In this document: in pieces, positions 1-10,271 of the stretch
How the letters are laid out: every line of letters begins with the position of its first letter
Numbering within the stretch: position 1 is the stretch's first letter
Assembly (NCBI GenBank): GCA_050248275.1
Contig: JBFWSR010000001.1
Location: 334,979-398,978 of the forward strand
Length of the DNA: 64,000 nucleotides
Reading direction: 5' to 3'
Source of the DNA: Steroidobacteraceae bacterium
GTDB lineage: Bacteria; Pseudomonadota; Gammaproteobacteria; Steroidobacterales; Steroidobacteraceae
Translations under genes and position numbers: made by a program
The notes under the pieces: generated by a model
Database searches by the model: none
What the model was told of the DNA's origin: nothing
What the model saw: only the letters and a program-made list of their open reading frames with translations

Positions 1-501
1 GCCCGGGCCGAGGAACAGAGCCTGCTGTCGACACTTGAACAGAAATCACGCAAGGCAGCCAATCTCGAAGCCTACAAGGATCAATTAAAGGAAATGGAAC
101 GTTCCTTCGGCGCCATGCTGCGGCAGCTGCCTAACAAGACGGAAGTTCCCAATCTTCTGGTAGATATTTCACAGACCGGTCTCGCCGCAGGTCTGGAGGA
201 AAAGCTATTTCAACCCAGCGGCGAGAATAAAAAGGATTTTTATGCTGAGCTGCCAATCAAGATACGCTTGACGGGGAGCTACCATGCCATTGGAAACTTC
301 GTGAGCGGTATTGCCGCATTGCCCCGAATTGTGACCTTGCACGATCTGCAAGTCAGTCCGATGGATAGCAAGGGCGGTGGCGCCGATCAGTTGCAGCTGG
401 ACATCACCGCAAAAACATACCGCTACCTGGACGATGAGGAACAGGCTGCGGTGGCAGGCGAACAGCGCGATCGAGCCAAGAAAAAAGGCAACCAAGGTTA
501 A
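1..501 (+). CDS. pilO: Type IV pilus assembly protein PilO (5' end lies upstream of the window)
   Basis: Frame 1 has no stop from base 1 to the listed Met at 94, so the gene enters from upstream. The translation (YAELPIKIRLTGSYHAIGNFVSGIAALPRIVTLHDL) is PilO-like. It sits directly before pilP and pilQ. Confidence 0.8.
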   Translation, partial: ARAEEQSLLSTLEQKSRKAANLEAYKDQLKEMERSFGAMLRQLPNKTEVPNLLVDISQTGLAAGLEEKLFQPSGENKKDFYAELPIKIRLTGSYHAIGNFVSGIAALPRIVTLHDLQVSPMDSKGGGADQLQLDITAKTYRYLDDEEQAAVAGEQRDRAKKKGNQG

Positions 502-506
502 GCGCA

Positions 507-1064
507 ATGCAGTTCATGAAGAATATCTATTCCATTGATCACCCGCGCTGGCTGCGCTTCAGTGGTCAGCGTGCCTTTCTCCTGTGCATTGCTGCGTTGG
601 GAATTGGCGCCTGCGCCAACGACATGGATGAGCTCAAGCAGAAAGTGACGGAAATCAAAGCCCGCCCTGGGGAACGGATCGACCCTTTGCCGGAAATCAA
701 ACCTTATGAAGCCTTCAAGTATGATGCTTCAGGGGAGAGATCGCCTTTCATTCCCAGTATTTCAGCAAAATCGAGTCTCGCTACGTCGGCGCGGCCCGAT
801 ATACAGCGTCCGCGTGAGTTTCTTGAGCAGTTTCCACTTGATACCCTGCAAATGGTAGGCACCTTGCAATTGCAAGGTAGAAATTTCGCCTTGTTGCAAG
901 GCAAGGATGGGCTGGTGCATCGCGTCCAGGTAGGCAACTATGTCGGACAGGCCGATGGTCGAATCACCAGCATCACGAATAACAAAGTGTCAGTGCTCGA
1001 ATTGGTTCCCGATGGCGTGGGTGGCTATATCGAGCGGCCCGCTGCACTGTCGCTTAAAGAATGA
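507..1064 (+). CDS. pilP: Type IV pilus assembly lipoprotein PilP
   Basis: 185 aa with a lipoprotein-type signal ending LGIGAC. It lies between pilO and pilQ, and its stop is 16 nt before the pilQ ATG. Confidence 0.8.
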   Translation: MQFMKNIYSIDHPRWLRFSGQRAFLLCIAALGIGACANDMDELKQKVTEIKARPGERIDPLPEIKPYEAFKYDASGERSPFIPSISAKSSLATSARPDIQRPREFLEQFPLDTLQMVGTLQLQGRNFALLQGKDGLVHRVQVGNYVGQADGRITSITNNKVSVLELVPDGVGGYIERPAALSLKE

Positions 1065-1080
1065 GACCAGGGAGAAACTA

Positions 1081-3267
1081 ATGTCGTCCCGATTGAATGA
1101 AACCATTTTCTTCTACAAGGCGCAGCAAGTGTTGCCGCGGAGCCTTATGACTACAGCACGTGTGTGGGTGACATCCCTGATTGGTTCAGTCCTGATAACC
1201 GGACAGGCATTGGCAGCAAATCAGTTGCAGCAGATCAGCGCCGAGGCCATGCCGGGAGATCAGGTGCAATTACGGCTCAAGTTGAGCGACAGCGCACCGC
1301 AACCACTTAGCTTCACGGTGGATAATCCAGCACGCATTTCGCTGGATCTGGCTGATACCAGCATTGCGCTTCCTTCGCGGCGTATCGATGTAAAACGCGG
1401 TGTGGTGGATACGGTTAACGTCGCCGAAGCCAATGGCCGTACCCGGGTGGTGCTGAATCTGAACAGCATGGTGCCGTATCAGACCCAAGTTGAAGGCGAC
1501 ACCGTACTGGTTACAGTCGGAAGCAACGTTCAAGCCAACGCTGCTTCCGCAGCGCAAACAGCTTCAAGCACTGCGCCCAGTGCAGCATCAAGGAGCGCAG
1601 CGCTCAGCAAGGTTGACTTCCGTCGTGGTACCGATGGTTCGGGCCGTGTCGTGGTGCAACTGAGCAACTCACGGATATCACCTGACCTTAAGCAGGAAGG
1701 TGGCCGTGTTGTTGTCAACTTCCCGAAAACCACCGTTGCCGATAGCTTGTTGAGACGCCTTGATGTAGTTGACTTTGCCACGCCAGTAAATGCCATTGAT
1801 ACCGTTCGCGTCGCCGATGGTGCACGCATCATCATCAGTGCTGGTGGCGATTGGGAACCGGTGGCTTATCAGACAGAGGATCAGTACACCGTCGAAATCA
1901 AACCAGTAGTCAAGACGGCTTCCGTTCAGGACAAGAAGGAATACAAAGGCGAGCGCCTGACCCTTAATTTCCAGGACATCGAAACTCGTGCAGTATTGCA
2001 GTTGCTGGCGGACACCAGTGGTCAGAACATGGTGATCAGCGATACCGTACAGGGTAATGTCACCCTCCGTTTGCAGAACGTGCCGTGGGATCAGGCTCTG
2101 GACATCGTCATGCAGACCAAGGGTCTGGACATGCGTCATGAGGGCAATGTCATCATGATTGGTCCAGCCGCTGAAATTGCCGCGCGTGAGAAAGAACTGG
2201 CTGCTGCCAAGAAAGATCTGACGGCAGTTGCGCCTTTGCGCTCCGAGTTCCTGCAGGTTAACTATGCCAAGGCTTCTGATTTAGCCGAGCTGATCAAGGG
2301 CAAGGGAAACTCCCTGATGTCCGAGCGTGGCAGCGTGACAGTTGACGCGCGTACCAATACCCTGCTGTTACAGGATACGTCTGACAATCTGGCCGATATT
2401 CGCCGACTGGTGGGTACGCTGGACATTCCCATACGGCAGGTATTGATCGAAGCGCGTATTGTTATTGTCAATGATGATTTCAGCCGCGAGCTCGGCGCGC
2501 GCTTTGGTGTCAATTCGGCCTTTAACTACTCCAATAGTGGTAACGGTATTGTTGGAGGCGTGCCTTATGTAACTGCAGACAATGCAGTAGTCATCAACCC
2601 CAATCAGGGTGGAGCTACGGTTAATAATAACAATTCAAGTCCTGGATTTGTGCTCGGTGGTGCGGATAATCGCTACATGGTTAATCTGCCTGCTTCCAAT
2701 GCTGCCGGCAAGATTGCACTGACGTTGCTGGATTCCAGCTACATCGTCGATCTGGAGTTATCCGCTGCCCAGGCGGAAGGTCGTGGCGAAGTGGTGTCAG
2801 CGCCCAAGGTAATTACTGCCAACCAGAAAGAAGCGACGATTGAACAAGGTAAGGAGATTCCTTATCTGCAAAGCTCTTCAAGTGGTGCGGCCAACATTGC
2901 TTTCAAGAAAGCGGTGCTATCGCTCAAGGTAACTCCTCAAATTACGCCGGATGATCGCGTGATTCTGGATCTCACTGTGACCAAGGACAGTGTTGGCCAG
3001 TTGGTACAAACCAGTAGCGGTAACTCGGTACCCTCGATTGATACCCGAACCATTACTACTCAGGTACTGGTCAATGACGGACAAACGGTAGTGCTGGGCG
3101 GCATTCTTGAAACCGAGAAGCGGGACTCTCAAACCAAAGTGCCGTTGTTGGGTGATATTCCTGTTTTGGGCCATTTGTTCAAGACTGTTTCGAAAACGGA
3201 CAACAAGGCCGAGCTGCTGGTATTTGTGACGCCAAGAATTTTGCGTGAGGGCAGTGCGGTTTATTGA
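1081..3267 (+). CDS. pilQ: Type IV pilus secretin PilQ
   Basis: The long ORF 940..3267 has its likely start at ATG 1081, preceded by GGGAGAAAC. It has N-terminal AMIN-like repeats, NFQDIETRAVLQLLAD (secretin N domain) and a C-terminal secretin core (VPLLGDIPVLGHLF...ELLVFVTPRIL). Confidence 0.93.
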   Translation: MSSRLNETIFFYKAQQVLPRSLMTTARVWVTSLIGSVLITGQALAANQLQQISAEAMPGDQVQLRLKLSDSAPQPLSFTVDNPARISLDLADTSIALPSRRIDVKRGVVDTVNVAEANGRTRVVLNLNSMVPYQTQVEGDTVLVTVGSNVQANAASAAQTASSTAPSAASRSAALSKVDFRRGTDGSGRVVVQLSNSRISPDLKQEGGRVVVNFPKTTVADSLLRRLDVVDFATPVNAIDTVRVADGARIIISAGGDWEPVAYQTEDQYTVEIKPVVKTASVQDKKEYKGERLTLNFQDIETRAVLQLLADTSGQNMVISDTVQGNVTLRLQNVPWDQALDIVMQTKGLDMRHEGNVIMIGPAAEIAAREKELAAAKKDLTAVAPLRSEFLQVNYAKASDLAELIKGKGNSLMSERGSVTVDARTNTLLLQDTSDNLADIRRLVGTLDIPIRQVLIEARIVIVNDDFSRELGARFGVNSAFNYSNSGNGIVGGVPYVTADNAVVINPNQGGATVNNNNSSPGFVLGGADNRYMVNLPASNAAGKIALTLLDSSYIVDLELSAAQAEGRGEVVSAPKVITANQKEATIEQGKEIPYLQSSSSGAANIAFKKAVLSLKVTPQITPDDRVILDLTVTKDSVGQLVQTSSGNSVPSIDTRTITTQVLVNDGQTVVLGGILETEKRDSQTKVPLLGDIPVLGHLFKTVSKTDNKAELLVFVTPRILREGSAVY

Positions 3268-3331
3268 TCTGTCTTGCTTGATGCCGCAATAATCAGCATT
3301 TCTGCGGCACCCGGAAAATATCGATAAGTGT

Positions 3332-3360
3332 AACGGCCGCTTCGTGCGGCCGTTATTTTT
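3332..3360 (+). terminator. Rho-independent terminator-like hairpin after pilQ
   Basis: AACGGCCGC-ttcgt-GCGGCCGTT is followed by ATTTTT. It ends 2 nt before the aroK ATG. Confidence 0.6.
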
Positions 3361-3362
3361 AC

Positions 3363-3917
3363 ATGAACACACCTAATATCTTTCTCGTTGGACCGATGGG
3401 CTCGGGCAAGACCGCAGTAGGCAGGCAGCTGGCGCGACTGCTGGACATGCAGTTCTATGACAGCGATGCTGAAATCGAGCGCATCACGGGCGTCGATATT
3501 TCCTTCATTTTCGAGAAGGAAGGCGAGACCAGGTTTCGTGAGCGGGAATGCGAAGTGATTGATGGGTTAACGCAGCTCAATGGCGTTGTCCTGGCGACGG
3601 GCGGCGGAGCGGTTCTGGTTGCACAAAATCGCGAACATTTGCGATCGCGAGGTAACGTGGTGTACCTGCGTACGTCCGTCGAGCAGCAACTGGAGCGCAC
3701 CAAACATAGTCGTCAGCGCCCACTGTTGCATACGGCGGATCCGGAACGGCGCTTGCGCGAGCTGTTGGCAATCCGGGCGCCACTTTACGAATCCATTGCA
3801 ACTGTTATTGTCAGCACTGATCATCGTCGGGTGCCGACGGTCGCAGCGGAAATTCTCAAAGTATTGAACCTGGGTCAAACCAAGGGCCTTGACGAGCAAA
3901 TGCTTGATGAACATTGA
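3363..3917 (+). CDS. aroK: Shikimate kinase
   Basis: Begins MNTPNIFLVGPMGSGKT with a Walker A motif, has typical AroK length, and is followed by aroB. Confidence 0.93.
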   Translation: MNTPNIFLVGPMGSGKTAVGRQLARLLDMQFYDSDAEIERITGVDISFIFEKEGETRFRERECEVIDGLTQLNGVVLATGGGAVLVAQNREHLRSRGNVVYLRTSVEQQLERTKHSRQRPLLHTADPERRLRELLAIRAPLYESIATVIVSTDHRRVPTVAAEILKVLNLGQTKGLDEQMLDEH

Positions 3918-5004
3918 TAGCAACAGAATTCAGCAACTGGGTATCGAACTTGGCGAACGCAGTTATCCGATCCTGATTGGCAGTGGATTATTGAATAATA
4001 CTGCTCTGCTGGCTGAGCACATCAAGGCGCGCAATTTGATGATTGTGACCAATGAAATCGTGGCGCCGCTGTATCTGCAACCGCTCAAGGCGACGCTGGC
4101 TGACAAGCGATTGCATCAAGTGGTTTTGCCTGATGGCGAGCAGACCAAATCGCTGGATACGCTCGGCAAACTGTTCGATGCGTTGATCACCGCGCGCATG
4201 AATCGCGATGCAGCCATCATTGCACTGGGTGGTGGCGTGATAGGTGATCTGGCCGGTTTTGCGGCAGCCTGCTATCAGCGGGGTATCGATTACTATCAGA
4301 TTCCGACCACACTGTTGTCACAGGTTGATTCATCAGTGGGCGGCAAGACGGCGGTTAATCATCCCGGCGGCAAGAATCTCATTGGCGCATTTTATCAGCC
4401 TCGCTGCGTCATTGCTGATACTGATGTACTCAACACATTGCCTGACCGCGAGTTGCGCGCTGGTCTGGCGGAAGTGATCAAATATGGGCTGATTCGCGAT
4501 CCTGACTTCTTTGCCTGGCTTGAGGTCAATGCGGCCGGGACATTGGCTCGCGATTCCCAGGCCCTTACTTATGCCATCAGGCACAGTTGTGAAATCAAAG
4601 CAGAAATCGTCGGCATCGATGAACGGGAACAAGGGCTGCGCGCCATTCTGAATCTGGGCCACACCTTCGGTCATGCCATCGAAAATGCGCTCGGCTATGG
4701 CGAGTGGCTTCATGGCGAAGCCGTGGCTGCGGGCATGGTACTGGCCGCAGACATGTCTATGCGGTTGGGTTGGTTGTCGAAACAGGATTATCAGCGCACA
4801 GTAAAACTATTGGGAGCCAGCGGATTGCCCACCCAGGCACCGCGTATCGGCGCCGACAAGGCATATGAATTGATGGGCATGGACAAGAAAGTCCTGGCGG
4901 GTCAATTGCGTTTGGTGTTGCTGCATGGATTGGGTAACGCCGTGATCACGGCGGACTATCCGGCAGAAGTCCTGCAAGCCACGCTGCAGCATGGCTTTGG
5001 TTGA
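3907..5004 (+). CDS. aroB: 3-dehydroquinate synthase
   Basis: The ORF opens at TTG 3889, and the first ATG at 3907 overlaps the aroK end. Motifs [25 protein letters not shown] and [12 protein letters not shown] are classical AroB. Confidence 0.92.
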   Translation: MNIDSNRIQQLGIELGERSYPILIGSGLLNNTALLAEHIKARNLMIVTNEIVAPLYLQPLKATLADKRLHQVVLPDGEQTKSLDTLGKLFDALITARMNRDAAIIALGGGVIGDLAGFAAACYQRGIDYYQIPTTLLSQVDSSVGGKTAVNHPGGKNLIGAFYQPRCVIADTDVLNTLPDRELRAGLAEVIKYGLIRDPDFFAWLEVNAAGTLARDSQALTYAIRHSCEIKAEIVGIDEREQGLRAILNLGHTFGHAIENALGYGEWLHGEAVAAGMVLAADMSMRLGWLSKQDYQRTVKLLGASGLPTQAPRIGADKAYELMGMDKKVLAGQLRLVLLHGLGNAVITADYPAEVLQATLQHGFG

Positions 5005-6169
5005 ACCTATGAGCCCTTCACGTGCACTGGCTTGCTATGCCGCTCATGATGAGCAAAGCCGCGGTCGCCGCTATCCGGAAGATCTGCCCACTTATCGCAG
5101 CGACTATCAGCGCGATCGCGATCGCCTCATTCATTCGACGGCTTTCCGGCGGCTGGTCTATAAGACTCAGGTGTTCGTCAATCAGGAAGGCGATCTGTAT
5201 CGCACACGTTTGACGCATTCGCTGGAAGTGGCGCAAATTGCCCGCACCATTGCCGGTGCCTTGCAACTGAACGAAACACTCACCGAAGCCATCTGTCTGG
5301 CACACGATCTGGGTCATACCCCCTTTGGCCATGCCGGGCAGGATGCGCTCAACGACTGTATGCGTGAATACGGCGGGTTTGAGCATAACCTGCAGTCGCT
5401 GCGTATCGTGGATGAACTGGAAGAACGCTATGCGGGTTTCAATGGCCTGAATCTGTGTTTCGAGACGCGCGAAGGCATTCTCAAACATTGTTCACTTGGC
5501 AAAGCCCGACAACTCGGCGATGTTGGCGAACGTTTTCTGCGCGGTGAACAGCCTTCCCTGGAAGCACAGGTGGCCAATCTTGCGGACGAGATCGCTTACA
5601 ACAATCACGATCTCGATGATGGCTTGCGCGCCGGTTTGATCACGCTGGAAGATGCCCAGCAAACGGCAGCATTTACCGCACAGCATGCGGCGGTGCTGCA
5701 AGCGCATCCTGGCCTGACCGGCCGGCGTCTGGTTCATGAAATCGTGCGGCGTCTGATCAACCATGTGGTCACCGATCTGATCGAGACCAGCAGGCAGGCC
5801 ATTCGACAAGCCGCGCCAGCAGACATTCGGGCAGTGCGTACCCAGGCCGGCGCTTTGATCCAGCTCAGCGAAGCCGTGATGGCACAGCACCTGCAGCTCA
5901 AGCAGTTCCTGCGCGAACGGGTTTATCGTCATTATCGGGTGCTGCGCATGACCAACAAGGCGCAGCAGGTGGTGCAATCCTTGTTTGAGGCATTCATGGC
6001 GGCGCCGGAATTGATGCCGCCGGAGTATCAGCAGGCAGTAGCCAATGTGCCTGCAGGTTCGGGTGCTGCAGGCCGGGCACGCATCGTGGCTGATTACATT
6101 GCCGGTATGACCGATCGCTATGCCGTGCTGGAGCACGAACGCATGTTCGATCCCGCCAAGCGTAGCTAA
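4991..6169 (+). CDS. dgt: dGTP triphosphohydrolase-like HD-domain protein
   Basis: Motifs [28 protein letters not shown] and [10 protein letters not shown] give the HD motif of the dGTPase type 2 family. An alternative start is ATG 5009. Confidence 0.85.
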   Translation: MALVEPMSPSRALACYAAHDEQSRGRRYPEDLPTYRSDYQRDRDRLIHSTAFRRLVYKTQVFVNQEGDLYRTRLTHSLEVAQIARTIAGALQLNETLTEAICLAHDLGHTPFGHAGQDALNDCMREYGGFEHNLQSLRIVDELEERYAGFNGLNLCFETREGILKHCSLGKARQLGDVGERFLRGEQPSLEAQVANLADEIAYNNHDLDDGLRAGLITLEDAQQTAAFTAQHAAVLQAHPGLTGRRLVHEIVRRLINHVVTDLIETSRQAIRQAAPADIRAVRTQAGALIQLSEAVMAQHLQLKQFLRERVYRHYRVLRMTNKAQQVVQSLFEAFMAAPELMPPEYQQAVANVPAGSGAAGRARIVADYIAGMTDRYAVLEHERMFDPAKRS

Positions 6170-6220
6170 GCATCATTCACGGCGACGCAACGCGCGCTTC
6201 TCCGCTATCATTTGCGTCTC

Positions 6221-7285
6221 ATGAATACGCCATTACGAAACGATGTTTTCCTCCGTGCGCTGCTGCGTCAGCCTGTGCCGTATACGCCTGTGTGGATGAT
6301 GCGTCAGGCGGGACGTTATCTACCTGAATATCGGGCCACACGTGCGCGTGCTGGCAGCTTCCTGCAACTGTGCCAGACACCGGAACTGGCCTGCGAAGTG
6401 ACCCTGCAACCTTTGCAGCGATATCCGCTGGATGCCGCCATTCTATTCTCCGACATCCTGACCATTCCACATGCGATGGGTCTGGGATTGCAATTTGAAA
6501 CCGGCGAGGGCCCGGTGATCCAGCGACCTGTGCGCAGCGCTGCCGATGTGGCGAAACTGGGGATACCTGATCCCACGCAGGAATTGCGGTATGTCATCGA
6601 TGCGGTGTCGTTGATTCGTCGTGAATTGCACGGCCGCGTACCATTGATTGGATTTGCCGGCAGTCCCTGGACGGTAGGAACCTATTGCGTTGAAGGCGGC
6701 AGCAGCCGCGAGTTCACGCGCATCAAGGGCATGTTGTATGACGATCCCAGGAGCCTGCATGCGTTGCTGGAAATTCTGACGTCGGCAACCATCCAGTACT
6801 TGAGCGCACAGATTGCCGCAGGCGCACAGGCCATCATGATCTTCGACACCTGGGGCAGTGTGTTGACGCCGACGCAGTATCGCGAGTTTTCGCTCAACTA
6901 CATGGCGCGCATTGTCAGTGCATTACCGCGCGAAGCCGATGGTCGTATGGTACCGCGCATTGTGTTTACCAAGGGAGCAGGTGCGTTACTGAGTGAAATG
7001 GCCGGGATGGACTGCGATGCGCTGGGGGTGGACTGGATGACTGATCTGGCCGAGGCGCGTCGGCTCGTAGCAGACCAGAAAGCATTGCAGGGCAATCTTG
7101 ATCCGTGTGCGCTTTATGCACAGCCGACACGTATCCGCGAAGAAGTGGCGCGAGTACTGGCCAGCTATGGTCACGGTCCGGGGCATGTGTTCAATCTTGG
7201 CCATGGCATTCATCCGGCCATTCCGCCCGAGCATGCCGGCGCCATGATTGCTGCAGTACACGAACTCAGTCCGGCCTATCATTAA
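6221..7285 (+). CDS. hemE: Uroporphyrinogen decarboxylase
   Basis: [31 protein letters not shown] is the canonical HemE N-terminus. The ORF opens at TTG 6212 and the first ATG is at 6221. Confidence 0.93.
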   Translation: MNTPLRNDVFLRALLRQPVPYTPVWMMRQAGRYLPEYRATRARAGSFLQLCQTPELACEVTLQPLQRYPLDAAILFSDILTIPHAMGLGLQFETGEGPVIQRPVRSAADVAKLGIPDPTQELRYVIDAVSLIRRELHGRVPLIGFAGSPWTVGTYCVEGGSSREFTRIKGMLYDDPRSLHALLEILTSATIQYLSAQIAAGAQAIMIFDTWGSVLTPTQYREFSLNYMARIVSALPREADGRMVPRIVFTKGAGALLSEMAGMDCDALGVDWMTDLAEARRLVADQKALQGNLDPCALYAQPTRIREEVARVLASYGHGPGHVFNLGHGIHPAIPPEHAGAMIAAVHELSPAYH

Positions 7286-7484
7286 CCATCTGCTTCTCTG
7301 GGCATCAACACGCAAGTAGCACTACCTGATTCCCGCAGTACGAATTCCTGACACTGTGCCTCGAACCTGTCATAGGGACTGCCTTTATGCTGTCCGGCTG
7401 GCTAGAATGCCGCCCGCTCGTCGCTCATGACTCATGTGAGACATCGGCGGATCGATTTCTGTGTAGTTCCTCAAGGAGAAAATC

Positions 7485-8624
7485 ATGAAGCACCGTTCAC
7501 TGCTATTGACCCTGGCGACGACTTCCGCCCTGGCTGGCGCATCATCCGCCCTGGCGGGTGCCGAAGTGGGGAGTTGGTATGTGGCGCCGCAAGCTGTTTA
7601 CGTTGATCCCGACAAGGATTACCGCGCAGATGCAAGCACCGGCGCCAGTCTGGCTATTGGTAAAGTGCTGAGTAAAACCTGGGATGCTGAACTCGCCTAC
7701 GTTGACTCGCATCACGATGTAACTGGCGGCGGCAGCAAACTGAAGCTGAATGGTCCATCATTGAATTTCAACCGCGTCTTCCTGCGCGATAACGCCATCA
7801 GCCCGTTTCTTGGCTTCGGTATCACCGGCATGAGCTCGCGTGCAGATGGCACCGGCAAGACCAATCGCGATTACGGCGCCCTGATCAAGGCCGGCGTGCT
7901 GGCGGACCTCACCAGTAATGGTGCACTACAGCTATCCGCAGAGATCGGCAAGCGATCCAATGATTTTGCCGATCATCTTGAAGATGTCTTTGGTGGTTTA
8001 GGTCTGCATTTCAACTTCGGCGCAGCCAAGAAGGTGGCCGCCCCAGTGACCGCGGCAGCAGTCGCAGCGCCTGCCCCGGCTCCGGCGGTAGCGCCACCAG
8101 CGGATAGCGACGGCGATGGCGTCATTGATGCTGCTGATCGCTGCCCCAATACCGTAGCCGGCGCCAAGGTGGATGCCAACGGTTGCGAATTGGATGGCGA
8201 TCGCGATGGTGTGGTGGATCGTCTGGACAAATGCCCGACCACTCCTGCTGGCGACAAGGTAGATACAGTAGGCTGCGGTCTGACGATTGCGCTGCAAGTG
8301 CAGTTCGATACCAATTCCGACAACATCACGCAGGAAAGCTATGCTGAGCTGGACCGCTTCGTACAGTTCTTCAAGGATGTTCCGTCGGCCAATGGTGTAC
8401 TGGAGGGGCATACCGATAACGTCGGCAAGGATGCCTACAATCTGAGCCTGTCACAGCGCCGCGCCGATTCGGTGAAGGCGTATGTGGTCGGCAAGGGCGT
8501 GGATGCAGCACGTATCGCTGCCAAGGGTTTTGGCGAAACCCGCCCTGTGGCTGACAACACCACGGTCGAGGGCCGTGCTGCCAACCGTCGTGTGGTGTTC
8601 GTGCGTTCTGACGTTACCAATTAA
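7485..8624 (+). CDS. OmpA-family outer-membrane protein with thrombospondin type-3 repeats (MopB-like)
   Basis: The start is preceded by an AAGGAG RBS and followed by a signal peptide. The protein has an N-terminal beta-barrel-like region and an Ala/Pro linker. DSDGDGVIDAADRCP and DGDRDGVVDRLDKCP are TSP3 repeats. The C-terminal OmpA_C part contains GHTDNVG and NRRVVF. Confidence 0.9.
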   Translation: MKHRSLLLTLATTSALAGASSALAGAEVGSWYVAPQAVYVDPDKDYRADASTGASLAIGKVLSKTWDAELAYVDSHHDVTGGGSKLKLNGPSLNFNRVFLRDNAISPFLGFGITGMSSRADGTGKTNRDYGALIKAGVLADLTSNGALQLSAEIGKRSNDFADHLEDVFGGLGLHFNFGAAKKVAAPVTAAAVAAPAPAPAVAPPADSDGDGVIDAADRCPNTVAGAKVDANGCELDGDRDGVVDRLDKCPTTPAGDKVDTVGCGLTIALQVQFDTNSDNITQESYAELDRFVQFFKDVPSANGVLEGHTDNVGKDAYNLSLSQRRADSVKAYVVGKGVDAARIAAKGFGETRPVADNTTVEGRAANRRVVFVRSDVTN

Positions 8625-8666
8625 TCATTCTGGGCAGGCACTTGCCTGCTGCTGATGACACTACAA

Positions 8667-8699
8667 AGACGCTCCGGTTACTCGGAGCGTCTTTTTTTC
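8667..8699 (+). terminator. Rho-independent terminator after the ompA-like gene
   Basis: AGACGCTCCG-gttact-CGGAGCGTCT is followed by a T7 run. Confidence 0.8.
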
Positions 8700-8781
8700 T
8701 TCATTTACAAATGACGCAACAAGCCGGAGGTTTGTAAAGCGCTCAGCTTTTTGCTGCCAAATACCACCAGCACCAGGACTT

Positions 8782-9316
8782 ATGGCGGAAGTGGAAATTC
8801 ATACCGGTCATCATGGCCATGAAGCCGATCCTTTCGGCAGCAGGGTCGGTGTGATGGTGGGCGTGATTGGCATTTTGTTGGCGGGTGTCACCAGCGAGTC
8901 ACACCGTGCGCACACGGCGGCGATCGTGCACAAGACCGAAGCAAACGATCAGTGGGCGTTCTATCAGGCCAAGAAAATACGCGGTCACCTCATGGAGGTA
9001 GGTGTGACGGTTCTGGATTACGCTTGGCAACGATGCCAGCCGTACTCAACCGGCGATCGACAAGCTCAAGGCCGAAAGCGGGCGTTATGCCAAGGACGCC
9101 GAAGAGATACAAAAGGAAGCCAGGCAACGCGAAAGCGAAACAGAGCTGGCGGAAAAACAGGCATTGCGTTTCGATCTTGGCGAAGGCCTGTTGGAACTGG
9201 GGTTGGTGTTATCGTCTTTGTATTTCCTGTCCAAGCGCAAATTCTTTCCGCTGTTTGGGGTGCTCGCGGCGCCTGCGAGAACGATCGTCGGACTGAGTGG
9301 AGTTTTGCTGTCGTAG
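8782..9316 (+). pseudogene. DUF4337-family membrane protein, apparently frameshifted
   Basis: The N-terminal half is in the frame of 8782 (HHGHEADPF...TEANDQWAFYQAKKIRGHLMEV). The matching C-terminal half (GNDASRTQPAIDKLKAESGRYAKDAEEIQKEARQRE...LELGLVLSSLYFLSKRKFFPLFGVLAA...) is in the +1 frame, which is open from 9008 to the stop at 9314-9316. Confidence 0.6.
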
Positions 9317-9329
9317 TTTACCGGCGTTA

Positions 9330-10181
9330 TCAATGCTCTGCTTCTTCCCGTCCCAGTTGCCGGCGGATGGCTTCTTCCCGTGCGTCATCAATGGCGAACA
9401 TGACCACATCCAGATCGGTTTCGTTTTCATTCCTGACAAACACGCCGGTCAGTTGGCTGTCGGGCTTTAATTCGCCCTGTGCAAACAAGGACCACATCTC
9501 CTGTGCATAGCGGGTATCCAACAGTTCGGGCGCAAAGCGCGCCAGACTGGTGGTGATGTTGTTGATGTCACGCTCCAGCATGGCGAATGCATTATTGTTG
9601 CCGGTGGCGTTGACCGCTTGTGGCAGATCGATGATGACCGGACCTTCGGCGGCGATGAGGATGTTGTACTCGGACAGATCGCCATGAATCAGTCCGGCAC
9701 ACAGCATGCGCACCATCTGGCGGATGAGGAACTGGTGATAGTCGCGCGCCAGCTCAGGTGACAGTTCCACCTCCCCCAATCGGGGCGCGGAATATCCTTC
9801 GGCATCGGTGACCAGCTCCATCACCAGTACGTCGTTGAAATAACCAAAAGGTTTGGGTACGCGTACATCCGCTGCGGCCAACTGATAGAGCGCATTCACT
9901 TCGGTATTCTTCCAGGCGCTTTCCTGTTCCTTGCGTCCGTAACCGGTGCTCTTGGCCATGGCACGGGCCTGACGGCTGCCGCGCACTTTGCGTCCTTCCT
10001 GATACTGTGCACGCTGCTGGAAACTGCGCTGACCCAGGTCCTTGTAGACTTTGGCGCAACGAATCTCGGCGCCGCAGCGCACTACGTACACTGCAGCTTC
10101 CTTACCGCTTTTGAGAGCGCGAATGACTTCATCGATGATGCCGTCGTCGATCAGCGGTTGCAGGCCTTGAGGCGTTTTCAT
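9330..10181 (-). CDS. RIO-type serine protein kinase
   Basis: Carries SGKEAAVY, the catalytic-loop-like GLIHGDLSEYNIL, and IIDLPQAV. The likely start is MKTPQGLQ at 10181, inside the ORF ending at 10214. Confidence 0.85.
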   Translation of the reverse strand: MKTPQGLQPLIDDGIIDEVIRALKSGKEAAVYVVRCGAEIRCAKVYKDLGQRSFQQRAQYQEGRKVRGSRQARAMAKSTGYGRKEQESAWKNTEVNALYQLAAADVRVPKPFGYFNDVLVMELVTDAEGYSAPRLGEVELSPELARDYHQFLIRQMVRMLCAGLIHGDLSEYNILIAAEGPVIIDLPQAVNATGNNNAFAMLERDINNITTSLARFAPELLDTRYAQEMWSLFAQGELKPDSQLTGVFVRNENETDLDVVMFAIDDAREEAIRRQLGREEAEH

Positions 10182-10271
10182 TGAATCCGGAGGTGCATGG
10201 CAATTCCATACCATAGCATCTGGACAGGATCGGCATTGCAGACTTTGCTGATGGGAAAGCGCCTTGCTGCG

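Noticed and set aside
940-1080. 47-codon N-terminal extension of pilQ overlapping pilP
   Set aside because: It overlaps the pilP 3' end in another frame and has no signal-peptide character. ATG 1081 has a good RBS, and the signal-like sequence follows it.
8782-9510. 242-aa ORF listed as one coding region
   Set aside because: Only the first 80 codons or so look like a real protein (DUF4337 N-terminus). The rest is Arg/Cys/Ser-rich read-through that runs antisense into the RIO kinase gene. The true C-terminus is in another frame.
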